From Octopus vulgaris (Eukaryota), in the NCBI GenBank assembly GCA_951406725.2, contig OX597815.1:155186001-155250000 (forward strand): 64,000 nucleotides of DNA, read 5' to 3'. A model generated the notes under the pieces. It saw only the letters and a list, made by a program, of their open reading frames with translations, did not search any database and was not told the DNA's origin. A program made the position numbers and the translations under genes. Numbering within the stretch: position 1 is the first letter of the stretch; each line of letters starts with the position of its first letter. Shown here piece after piece: positions 25,775 through 38,087 of the stretch.

Positions 25775-26039
25775 TTCACGAGAATAATAAATGAATACGA
25801 TATTCGAGCAATGGTTCACAACTTGCAAGCAAATATACTCTGCATTCATGCGAAGTGTTCTCCAGACGAATACCATACGCCATGAAAAATAACTGGCTTC
25901 CAAAATATAGGTGTGCGATATTTTAGAAGCCGTTATTTTTCATGGCATATGTTATTTCTCATGAATGCAGAGCATCTGTCTTTGTCTGGAAGTTGTGAAT
26001 CATCGCTCTGATATTGTATTCATTTATTATTCTCGTGAA
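25775..26039. repeat. Imperfect fold-back palindrome (arms 25775-25908 / 25918-26039), MITE-like
   Basis: ttcacgagaataataaatgaatac pairs with gtattcatttattattctcgtgaa; gccatgaaaaataac pairs with gttatttttcatggc; 9-nt loop. Confidence 0.85.
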
Positions 26040-26161
26040 ATACTGAGAAGAGAATATGTTCAATAATATCATACTTCGCTGATCCTCCAGGATTTTCCTT
26101 TACCCAAATCCAGGAACTTTTGATTAATCTGCAACAAGGTTATTCATCTTTCTATTTCACA

Positions 26162-26196
<35 letters not shown>

Positions 26197-26769
26197 CAAA
26201 CACACACAACACACGCACACAACACAATCATTAGTTTTCCCTTTTATGGCTTCAATACTTTGAATGAGTGAAATGGGGCTTCATTGCCTCAACTTACTGA
26301 TCATAAAAGGATATTGACTCCTCTTTAAGAACTGTACTGAACAAAGCTTCTTTATAACCAACACAAACTTTCGTCTTCTAGTAAGGTACAGAATATCTTG
26401 GCCGCATCTTCGCACCGAAACTAGTCTCTTTTCGACGATGTAATCATGAAGAGTAATCTCACTCAATAATGCGCTGATATCAAGATCTATGTAGTGAAAT
26501 GACTGCGACACTGACCACTGCCTCATTGCTGGAATGTTGAAACAAAGGAAACATATGCTTTATGTATGAGCATCAGTGCTTATGTATGTGCGTTCTCTTT
26601 CTCTTTCTAGAATAAATTTTGACTGCCCACCTACTTGGTAGCAAGATTTGAAAGAAAACATCATTAACCAGCAACCTTTAGATATTAAGTAGGTATTTCA
26701 GATTTTATAGTCTCAGATATCGTGAGCCTTTATAGCGTATGAACTAAAGGATATGCGTTCTCACCACCT

Positions 26770-27305
26770 TCAGATCGAGCAAGTTCAGGACTTATACTTT
26801 GTAAGCCTAGTACTTATTCTATCGGTTGCTTATGCCGAACCTCTAAGTTACAGGGACATAAACACACCTGCATCGGTTGTCAAGTGTATGTTGGACATTA
26901 GACTTGCAGACTCTTTATCATTGGTCCATTGTTTTTCTCATTCTCTCTTTCTCGTTTCTCGTTTCTCTTTTACTTGTTTCAGTCATTTGACTGCGGCCGT
27001 GCTGGAGCACCACCTTCAGTCGAGCAAATCGACCCCAAAACTTATTCTTTGTAAGCCTAGTACTTATTCTATCGATCTCTTATGCCGAACCGCTTAGTTA
27101 CGGGGACATAAACACACCTGCATCGGTTGTCATGCTATGTTAGGGGGACAAACACAGACACACAAATACACACACATACATATATATATATATATGACGG
27201 GTTTTTCTTTCAGTTTCCGTTTACCAAATCCACTCACAAGGCTTTAGTCAGCCCGAGGATATAGTAGAAGACACTTGCCCAAGGTGCCACGCAGTGGGAA
27301 TAAAC
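26770..27305 (-). mobile_element. Family A SINE (26964-27305) preceded by a partial copy (26770-26890)
   Basis: Reverse complement of the family A body. Confidence 0.85.
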
Positions 27306-28089
27306 CCGTAAGGAAGACATCGATAGCTTTGAACTGTATGTCAACGCTTTATGCCTTTTATGCTGTAGGTACTTAGTTGGGAACTCATGTTCTGGAATAG
27401 CATGGAAATAGCCTTCGAAGTGGGATGTCATAAACCTGTCGGTGCTCAAGCCAGGCTTTTGGCATGATCAATCCCTTCTATAGTTTGCTTTTGCGTGCCA
27501 AACATCTAGTAGTATCTTTTTTTATTGTACTATCTTTTTAATCTGTTGTTCTGATAAATAGCTTTTACCTTTTTACCTTTTTACCTTTTTACTTATATCT
27601 CTTTGAAGAGATATAAGTTTCAGCTCTTATTTCTTATATCTTCTCAAGTTCATTAGCCATCATAATCACGTTGTTGGTTTCATGGTTACAAACTCGGGCA
27701 AGATAGTCAGTGGACCTTTGCTTCTGCTGCAGATGTTGCTTGAGTGTCGCACTACGTACTCCATATGATACCAACACAGATTTGAGACAATGGACTCCAT
27801 CCCTCGTGAGAAGTATAGCCTGTATGTATGTATGTATGTATGTATGTATGTATGTATGTATGTATGTATGTATGTATGTATGTATGTATGAACATATGTG
27901 TGTCGCTGCATGCATACATAAATATATAATCTCGATTTTATAAACGATCTCCTTACATCCGTATCGATCTTTAACCTGAAGTGCGAGGTAATAAGTATTA
28001 AGAATTACCATGAAAGAGGTCTATTTCATTTCATTCCTTTTAATGAAGAATATTAGACACACACACCTGTATACATACACACACATATG

Positions 28090-28144
<55 letters not shown>

Positions 28145-28172
28145 AATATATATATATATGTAAATCTAAAAA

Positions 28173-28237
<65 letters not shown>

Positions 28238-28262
28238 AAATATATATATATACATATATGTA

Positions 28263-28424
28263 GGCGCAGCAGTGGCTGTGTGGTAAGTAGCTTGCTAACC
28301 AAACACATGGTTCCGGGTTCAGTCCCACTGCGTGGCATCTTGGGCAGTGTCTTCTGTTATAGCCTCGGGCCAACCAAAGCTTTGTGAGTGGATTTGGTAG
28401 ACGGAAACTGAAAGAAGCCTGTCG

Positions 28425-28477
<53 letters not shown>

Positions 28478-28684
28478 TTGTGTGTCTGTGTTAGTCCCTC
28501 TAGCATTGCTTGACAACCGATGCTCGTGTGTTTACGTCCCCGTCACTTAGCGGTTCGGCAAAAGAGACCGATAGAATAAGTACTGGGCTTACAAAGAATA
28601 AGTCCTGGGGTCGATTTGCTCGACTAAAGGCGGTGCTCCAGCATGGCCGTAGTCAAATGACTGAAACAAGTAAAAGAGTAAAAG
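28263..28684 (+). mobile_element. Full-length family A tRNA-derived SINE
   Basis: A-box tggctgtgtgg, B-box ggttcagtcc, internal (TA)(TG) tract, 3' ggcggtgctccagcatggcc..gactgaaacaagtaaaagagtaaaag. Confidence 0.9.
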
Positions 28685-29590
28685 TTATATGTATATATAT
28701 ATATATACATACATAAATATATTCATCATATATACATACATATATATACACGTGTATACGCGCACACACATATATATTTGGATAATATAAATATGTATAT
28801 AGATAGATAGATACATACATACATTCATATACACACATTTTTGTGCATAGAGATCGTGTATATATATATTTTAGAGAGTAAGAAGTAGAAAGAGAATATG
28901 TGTGTTCCTTTGTGTTCAAGCAGTAGGACATAGCCCCACTTTTTGATTAAATATTTTAGCGTACAGTGAGCAATGCAACGCTTGGATTTTGATGCTGTGT
29001 TTTAAAGTAGTATTTTAAAAGACTCTGTAGGAAAGACAAGTTTTATTGTCATTTGTTCAATTGAATTGCGAAATCAATATTTGTTGTTGCTGTTGTTGTC
29101 GTGGTCGTCGTCCTCATTATTATTGTTGTTGTTGTATTACTTTTCTAAATAGTATAAATATCACTTTACCTTGTCCACTCATGCATATATGTCAGTGTAA
29201 TTATTCCATTATAATAAAACACATTCTCACAAATACACATATAACTGATAATATTAGATACATGTGTTATGTGTATGTAGTGGTGTGCGTGTATGGGTGG
29301 ATGTATGCTCTTTCTTATTAGCAAGTATTTACAATTTCTACATATGCATATATATGTCTATACATATTTATATAATACATTTATATATGCACACATAATA
29401 CATATTTTCTCATATTTATATGTATATATATATATGTATATATATATATATGTATATATATATGTATATATATATGTATATATATATATATACATATATA
29501 CATGTGCATGCGAATGCACGAGGATCTGTGCATATGTGTGATGTGTTCGTTTATGTATACAATATGATTATTGAAGTCACTATCACTCAG

Positions 29591-29607
29591 TTTTATTTTA
29601 TGCATAG
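29591..29607 (+). other. Candidate splice acceptor ahead of the receptor coding exon
   Basis: ttttattttatgcatAG ending at 29607, 36 nt before the ATG; the receptor frame is open from 29608. Confidence 0.45.
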
Positions 29608-29643
29608 GTAACATGCGGAGATATTTGTTTTATCGGAGTACAC

Positions 29644-30667
29644 ATGGAGCTTGACTACGAATATTATGAAGATGGTTTAGAATTTAATAACTTCACCAGT
29701 GCCTATTACAACAGTAACCTTTGGGACAACGCGACCAGCACCGAGCCCATCGGAATTACGTCGGCCATTATGAAAGGGACTATCCTTGGCTCAATATGTC
29801 TTGTGACTATTTTTGGTAACGTTTTAGTTTTACTGGCAGTTTTCGTCAACTCACATCTACGAAGTACCACAAATTATTTCATTGTTAATCTAGCAATTGC
29901 AGATGTCCTGCTAGGTACATTAGTTTTACCATTTTCTGCCAGCATTGAAATTATTGATTACTGGGCATTTGGACAAACTTTCTGTAATATATGGGCTGCC
30001 ACTGATGTTCTATGTTGCACAGCTTCGATATTAAGTTTGTGTGTTATCAGCATTGACAGGTACATCGGTGTAACAAAACCACTGCAACATTCCTCAATTA
30101 TGACTGAAAAAAGAGCAGTTTATATCATAATTGCTGTTTGGTTTTTATCTGTAATAATTTCAGTAGCTCCTCTCATTGGCTGGAAAGATCCGCCAGATCC
30201 GAACCCTTTTGTATGCACTGTCACCAAGCAATTAGGCTATGTCATATTCTCTGTTTCTGGATCATTCTACATTCCTTTACTAATCATTATCATCGTTTAC
30301 TTCCGGATTTATAAAGAGGCAGAGAAACAGTACCGCTTTCTTTCGACGGGAATCAAAACAGCTAAAATAAACGAGAACACAGAAGAAGTCACCTTAAGAA
30401 TCCATACAGGTCATAGCGCTATCGAAGCTGCAACAGCATCTACATCGGCAACATTTTCAGCCAAAAGTGAAACTTCTGATTCCCTTTATCAAAATAGCAG
30501 TGCCAGTGACAATTCTGATGGCTCTGGTAGAAAAGTTATCTCTCGACACACTCTCACGGGCCGGGCAGCTAAATTTCGACGAGAACGAAAAGCTGCAAAA
30601 ACGTTAGGAATTGTTGTTGGTGTATTCATTTTGTGCTGGTTCCCATTCTTCTTTGTTTTACCATTAG
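29644..30667 (+). CDS. ADRA1: Alpha-1 adrenergic receptor-like class A GPCR, first coding exon (N-terminus to end of TM6; TM7 exon not found in window)
   Basis: Intact 341-codon frame: N-glycosylation sequons NFT/NAT, GN (TM1), NLAIAD (TM2), W.FG..FCNIWAATDVLCCTASI with amine-binding D3.32, DRYIGV, TM5 GYVIFSVSGSFYIP (S5.42/S5.46), ICL3 EVTLRIH, KF.RERKAAKTLGIVVG.FILCWFPFF. Donor G|GTAAGT at 30667/30668. Confidence 0.93.
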
Positions 30668-30673
30668 GTAAGT
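30668..30673 (+). other. Consensus 5' splice donor GTAAGT (phase 1, within the Gly codon of LPLG)
   Basis: TAG|GTAAGT is a perfect consensus; receptor similarity ends here and AT-rich sequence follows. Confidence 0.9.
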
Positions 30674-30753
30674 AAATTTCTTTTAAAATATTAAAATATT
30701 TCGTTTTTGGATTTGGTTTGCAAGATTCTTAATGCGAGTTCGTGTGTTGAAGC

Positions 30754-31019
30754 ATATTCTGTTGTCTCTGGGGAAAGTCATTTTCTTTTTGTGGTTTACA
30801 ATTTAACGCACTCACCGGTAAGATTTCCACTTATTTCATATTTCTATTTTCCTAAAATTTTCGTTTTTAGTCAATAGTCTTGACTATTGAAATGGTTGCA
30901 AGACGCAAGGAAAATTTTAGGAAAGTAAAAAATAAGAAATAAGTGGAAATTCTACTGGCGAGAGTATTAAATTAAAAGGTACAAAAAGAAAATTATTCTC
31001 CCCAAACACAATAGAATAT
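30754..31019. repeat. Imperfect fold-back element (arms 30754-30862 / 30910-31019), MITE-like
   Basis: atttccacttatttc..ttcctaaaattttc pairs with gaaaattttaggaa..gaaataagtggaaat; inner hairpin tcaatagtc-tt-gactattga. Confidence 0.8.
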
Positions 31020-31272
31020 TAAAATATTCTTTTACAGCATGAATTTTCAGTCAAGTTGTCAGTTTTTGTTTTAATTTTTCATTCCTATAAAATTGTGTTG
31101 TTTCGTAATATAGAGAAAGAAATTGAAAAAAAAACCTCACTTTAGAATATGAATATCAAAGTGTATGCGTGTGCTTGTGTGTATGAGTGAATGGGTGTAT
31201 GCATGCGAGTGTCTGTTTATATATATACATATCTACATACATATGTATATACGTTTACATATATATATGTAA

Positions 31273-31304
<32 letters not shown>

Positions 31305-31355
31305 ATACATACACATACATGTCTGTATATATATATGTATATATATATATGTATG

Positions 31356-31441
<86 letters not shown>

Positions 31442-31643
31442 AAGAGCAATAAGAAAATGGAGGGGATCAATAGGTGGTTCATTAACTTTTAGACATTATA
31501 TTATGTCAACCTATCATGATTTACATATAAGATATAAGATATATTAATATATAAAGATACCAGTAATTATTACAATATAACATACATGGATATAAATTGG
31601 GAAAATAACTTACAGCTGTCTCAGCCAAGAGGCAAAAATACTT

Positions 31644-31695
<52 letters not shown>

Positions 31696-32429
31696 GAAAT
31701 TTTATTTGAAAGTTCGAAAATAAATTAAAATTATATTACTAAAATTTAATTAATTTTACTGAATTTCAATTCATGTTCAAATTTTTGTTGACTTTGCTTT
31801 AATTTTTCGCCTATTTTCACTCAATATTTTCTTTCAAGTTTTGTTATTTCAGAGTTTACAAAAATTCCTTCAGTACTATTTATGTAAATTTCCAAATACC
31901 AAACAAAAACCTAATATCAAAAATACGCAAATAAAATGCACAAATAAAATCAACAACAATAATCTGAAAGTGAAAATTCTCATCTTTGGTGCTTTAACAA
32001 CGTTCCCTTTTAAATAACTCTTATTGTGTTCTTTGAAAATAACCAGATTTTATAGATGGATATCTCTTATTCTGCTTGCATTCTATTTCCATAATGTATG
32101 TCTTTTGTTCAACACAATCTAACTGTTTATGGCTCTTCCGAACATCATTAATATAGTTGATAAGAATAAATTAATAAAAAAAGAATCGATTATTAAATCT
32201 TAATTAAAAATAAAATCTTAATTGATAAGACTGTAATGTGATTACAGTGGTTCTTATTTCTGGAAATATACTCACTTCATTTTCAACTTCCATTATCTTT
32301 CATTGTTTATACTGTGAATCAAATCAAATTCTTACCTGAATTTTTTTTTCTCTTTCTTCTTTCACTGTCATATTTCCATGTTTTCATTAACGTTCTGGAT
32401 AATATCCTAAATTGAATCAGCAGACATTT

Positions 32430-32472
32430 CATATGCATATGTGTGCATGCACCTATGCATATACACACACAC

Positions 32473-32503
<31 letters not shown>

Positions 32504-32640
32504 TATATACATATACACACACACACATATATATATATACATGGACATATATATATATACATATATATATACACATATACATACATATATATATATATAC
32601 ATATACATATATATATATATACATATACATATATATATAC

Positions 32641-32673
<33 letters not shown>

Positions 32674-32840
32674 CATATATATATAATATATATATATACA
32701 TATGCATATATCTACATATACATGCATACATATATATATATATATATACACATATACATGCATATATATATATATATATAATAAATATATATATATATGT
32801 ATACATATATGTATATATGTTCATGTATGTATGCATGCAT
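32430..32840. repeat. Degenerate (TA/CA)n microsatellite
   Basis: Directly visible. Confidence 0.9.
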
Positions 32841-33389
32841 TATTTACTGAATATACTGCACTGCATTAGTTATTCATGGCACTAAAGTTTCGTTCCAGAG
32901 TTCTCATCAAATTAGTAAACAACTAGCGGGGATTGGTTATGTTGTATATAAACGGAAAATTTTCAAACGTTTTAGACAATACTTTAAATGTGCTGTGATT
33001 ACTGATGATAATTTTGGAAACACACGGATAAAACATGTTGTGGATGTCAGATGGAACACGTTTGTGTAATAAATATACTTATGCGCATACATAAATGCAT
33101 ACATTGACATGCAATGACATACTAGACAATGCACACACACAGACACATACGTTCATAGGTGTGCTTACACACACGATTACAGGACACTCTGAGACTTGCT
33201 TCTATACATACACTCATACCAGCACACATAGCTACATACATACATACATACATACATACATACATACATACATACATACATACATACATACATACATACA
33301 TACACACATACGTACGTACATACAAACATGTATGTGTGTGACTGAAGAAGACCATTGCTGACCTTAAGAAACATTGTACGCTCTAGGAC

Positions 33390-34049
33390 TAACTTATATT
33401 TTGCATTTGCGGCTCCGCTGGTGGCTAATGAGACCTGCTATTGACAAGCATACACGACTGGAAACATTGCCAACCAAGCTGTTCCCATTCACTACACTAG
33501 CAGTGCGCTTTCGAGTAGCACGCTTGAGTTCTTCATGCACAATACGTACTTTCTCAAAGGTGTCGACCCCAACATTAACCTGATTCCTCCATCTGTGGCG
33601 ATGACAGGCATTGTTCTCCCAGTCGATCTCATGCAAATCACAGGTCTTTAATGAGGACTTCACACAGTCCTTAAATCGCAGCCTAGGTTTCTTTCGGGGT
33701 CTCTTTTCATTAACAAGTTACCCATATAGCATCTGCTTAGGGATCCTGCTCCCCTTCATTCTAATAAGGTATCCAGTCCGACGTAACCGGTGTTTGTCCA
33801 CCATCGCCTCAATATGCAAAATATCAGCTGTCCTCCGGACCTGTGTGTCTGAAGATTTTAAGGTCCAGCCGACATTTAAAGAATGTGTCTGAGACATCTC
33901 CGATGAAAGCGTTCAAAGACCCTTACATGACGTTTGTAATGGGTCTATGTATGTATGCCTATATGTATGTACTGACATCGCTCTTTTATTCATATGAGAC
34001 ATGGATCCTTTACAAACGTCATGTAAGGGTCTTTGAACGCTTTCATCGG

Positions 34050-34050
<1 letters not shown>
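33390..34050 (-). mobile_element. RTE-clade LINE 3' fragment with an inverted 5' segment
   Basis: Minus strand: RLRRTGYLIRM..SRIPKQMLYG..KPRLRFKDCVKSSLK..WE..A..R.RWR..CLSIAGLISHQR. Plus strand ~33960-34050: VLTSLFYSYETWILYKRHVRVFERFH. Confidence 0.85.
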
Positions 34051-34115
<65 letters not shown>

Positions 34116-34852
34116 ATATATATACATACATACTTTCCAGAAGTTTATCATCTAAATATATATGAGTATGTCTAGATATGCAAATATATGCAGGAAAATA
34201 CATACATCAAACAAAACATATAAATCTGCACACATACATACATACATACATACATACAACAATACTCTCTTGATGTTGTTGAAATTCCAATGAAGGAGCC
34301 TTGAATCTAGGTTAGCAAATGATTCTTTTTTCTATTGCCAAGAAACCTTGGAGTAAAACCTAATGACATACATACATACATACATACATACATACATACG
34401 CATACATACACATACATACACATACATACAAGCATACATGCATACATATATCATACACATAAGTGCATCCATCCATCCATACATACATACATACATGCAC
34501 ACAAGTATAATCTTGTATGCATCGCGTCTGCGTCCGTTCGTATGTACATGTTTATTCGCATATTTAGATAGATGCATGAGTGCACCCACATAAATAGCAC
34601 CATGCATACCAACGCCCCTCCCCCTCACACATGCACACAAATAAGCATAAGCACATACACACATATAAGCAATGCGTAACTTAACAGTACACTTATAAGA
34701 TGATACTTATTATAAATGCAAATCTATAGAGACGGAATAGAAACTAAATATTCCAACTACAAAAAATGTACAGTAAATAAAAATACATGTAAATATTATT
34801 CATATAAACATATGTATATGTATGCATATATATGTGTGTGTGTGTGTATTTG

Positions 34853-34896
<44 letters not shown>

Positions 34897-34899
<3 letters not shown>

Positions 34900-35110
34900 A
34901 TAATCCAAACATGAAAACACAAAGAGAAAACACAACAACGCGAGGACGTGGAATAAGAATAGTGTTATTGACGCTCGTGAAAGGAAAGAAAGAAGGAGGA
35001 TTTAACGTTTCGAGCGGAGCTCTTCGTCAAAAACATAAAAAAGGAAAGATCCAAGGAAGGGAAGACAGAGTGAAAAAAAGCTCCAACAATACACACACGC
35101 GGTAACATAG
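34897..35110 (-). mobile_element. Penelope-like terminal-repeat fragment with hammerhead-like core (35001-35033)
   Basis: Minus strand ttt-TTGACGA-A-GAGCtccGCTC-GAAA-CG-TT-aaa; same layout as the 9508-10055 arms; abuts (TA)n. Confidence 0.6.
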
Positions 35111-35649
35111 AATGAAAAATGGAGAAGGGAGACAATGAGAGAGAGAGAGAGAGATTATCGCATATGTAATACCGCATATGTAATAAAGTATGCAAGTAGA
35201 GAGTAGGAGAAGTGAGAAAGAGAAAGGAATGAAATGAGCTGTGAGCTGCATATGTAATAATCTTCGTAAATATAGTAAGTGGGAGATGTGTTAAGATAAT
35301 ACTCAAACAGACGTAAGTCGTATAAGAATATTTAGATATCTACATTTAATATATAATAAATTTCTGAGCGAGGTATATACCCATAAACTCGGGTCCGTGT
35401 GTATTATGTCAGGTTGGAGATAGGAAGGATGGCTTCCCTTTGCAAATATTGATAGGGCACAGAAAGTGTGTCAATAGCCAGCTGGAGGAGGTGTCTCGCT
35501 GGGGTTACAAGCTACAGTAGCATCCACCCTTAAGGGTTAGCCCCATCTAAGTAGCAAATATACTTTATGATACATTTAATATGTGTATGTGTGTTTGCAT
35601 ACGTAACCATAGTATGAACAGACGTGTTAGCGTATAGGTAAATAAACTG

Positions 35650-35969
<320 letters not shown>

Positions 35970-36366
35970 ACAGACAGCCAGATGGACGGACAAACTGTGA
36001 GACAGATAAATAGAGAGAGAGAGTGATATATGTATGTATACAGACATATAGACACAAATAAGCACATGTGTGTATGTGGGTGTTATGTTTATACCAACAT
36101 TTTTATAATGGTGTAAATTACACAGTTGAAGATTTGTTCTATTATGTTCCGGAAATTAGTGAACAGGTAAATAGAGATCGATAATATAAGTACCACAAAA
36201 TCTACTAGGGTCGATATATTGTTGACTAAACGTTTGGTATGGTTGATTAAATCCTATCACCGTTGCCTAGTGACTGAAACGAAAAACAGAATTACAGAAT
36301 GTCAATAAACACCTTTCACAAATATCATATTGCCAGCTTAATTTTCGTAATTGATAATAGTTAACA

Positions 36367-37176
36367 AGTGTATCAGTGTGGTAGAAAGTTGCTTCCCAAC
36401 CGTGCGGTTTCGTGTTCAGTCCCACTCCGTAGCATTTCGTAAAGTGTCTTTTCCTATAGCCTCGGGTCGACCAGAGCTTTGTGATTGAATTTGGTAGATG
36501 GAAATTGAAAGAAGCGCATCGTGTGTGTCGTTCTCTCCACCACCACTTGACAACCGGTGTTAGTGTATTTACGTTCCAGTAAGTTAGCGTTTCGATAAAA
36601 GTCAGATAGAATTTTTTTTATTTTATTTTACTTGTTTCAGTCATTTGACTGCGGTCATGCTGGAGCACCGCCTTTAGTCGAGCAAATCAACCCCAGGACT
36701 TATTCTTTGCAAGCCTAGTACTTATTCTATCGGACTCTTTTGCCGAACCGCTAAGTTACGGAGACGTAAACACACCAGCATCGATTGTCAAGCGATGGTG
36801 AGGGACAACACGGACATACAAATACACACACACACACACACACATACATACATACACACATACACACATACACACACACACATATATATATACATATATA
36901 TACGACGGGTTTCTTTCAGTTTCCATCTACCAAATCCACTCACAAGGCTTTGGTTGGCCCGATGCTATAGAAGAAGACACTCGCCCAAGGTGCCACGCAG
37001 TAGGACTGAACCCAGACCCATGTGGTTGGTTAGCAAGCTACTTACCACGCACCCATTCCTGCTAGGCTTTAAAAAATATCTTGGTGGTCCATTTGTTCTA
37101 CTAAAACCCTTCAAGGCGGTGCCCCAGCATGACTGTATTCAAATGACTGAAACAGATAAAAGATAAAAGATAAAAA
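36367..37176 (+). mobile_element. Older family A SINE (36367-36611 plus 37063-37176) interrupted by an antisense copy
   Basis: Body breaks after gatagaat and resumes at taggcttt..ggcggtgccccagcatg..gactgaaacagataaaagataaaa. Confidence 0.75.
36612..37062 (-). mobile_element. Family A SINE, near full length
   Basis: Reverse complement of 28263-28684. Confidence 0.9.
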
Positions 37177-37468
37177 CCTTCTAAATTCATTTCACTGTAA
37201 ACTTTCTGCTCAGAAGTTCAGTTGCTACATTTAAATCTCTTACAGTAATTACAAGTCTCTATTTACCATTATTATTTAGTTTCGATAGAAGATCATGGGC
37301 AAAAAAAAACATTCAGTGGGCTTCTATGTAATCGGTTAAACAGCCAAATCTCTCTTAAATCATACATACTGCCTGCACTAAAAATAGATGAATAAAAAAA
37401 GATATTGGGATTGTCACGGCTGGAAAATATTTGATCATGAGGTCTGCTCAGTCATTGCTTATTTAAGT

Positions 37469-38087
37469 CAGAGGTTCTCAATCATTTTTTGCCTATGGAC
37501 CCCCTTCTGCTTCCTATTTTACTTGTGTGGACCCTCATAGCCATTTGTTGATTAAAAATCCTATTAGGCGCAGGAATGGCTGTGTGGTAAGTAGCTTGCT
37601 AACCAAACACATGGCTCCGGGTTCAGTCACTGCGTGGCACCTTCAGCAAGTGTCTTCTAATATAGCCTCGGGCCGACCACAGCTTTGTGAATGGATTTGG
37701 TAGACGTAAATGGAAAAAGCCTGTCGTATATATATGTTTGTGTGTCTGTGTTTACCCCTCCCCACCATCTCTTGACAATAGATGCAGGTGTGTTTACGTC
37801 CCCGTCACTTAGCGGTTCGACAAGAGAGACCGATAGAATAAGTACTAGGCTTACAAAAAGTAAGTCCTGGGGTCGATTTGCTCGACTAAAAACTTTGCTC
37901 CAGCATGGCCGCAGTCAAATGACTGAAACAAATAAAAAAATATTTTTTTTATAATTAAATATCATCCGAAATTGTTTAAAATAAATTAAAATCGTAGAAG
38001 CATAATCAATATATTGTACATAAATTTTCACAACAACATCTTATACGGGCCCCTAAGGGTCATGTAAACCCCGGTTGAGAACCATTG
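37469..38087. mobile_element. hAT/Charlie-type MITE carrying a SINE insertion
   Basis: TIRs cagaggttctcaatc / ggttgagaaccattg; 8-bp flanks atttaagt / atttagga (6/8 match). Confidence 0.7.
37567..37935 (+). mobile_element. Family A SINE, full length
   Basis: ggcgcaggaatggctgtgtggtaagtagc.. to gactgaaacaaataaaa. Confidence 0.9.

Noticed and set aside
29644-30675. Intronless complete gene or truncated pseudogene
   Set aside because: Frame and motifs are intact and a perfect donor lies where TM6 ends; best explained as an exon.
31605-31632. Hammerhead 3' half (minus-strand gagacagctgta)
   Set aside because: GAAA is altered and no CTGANGA partner is visible before the (TA)n tract.
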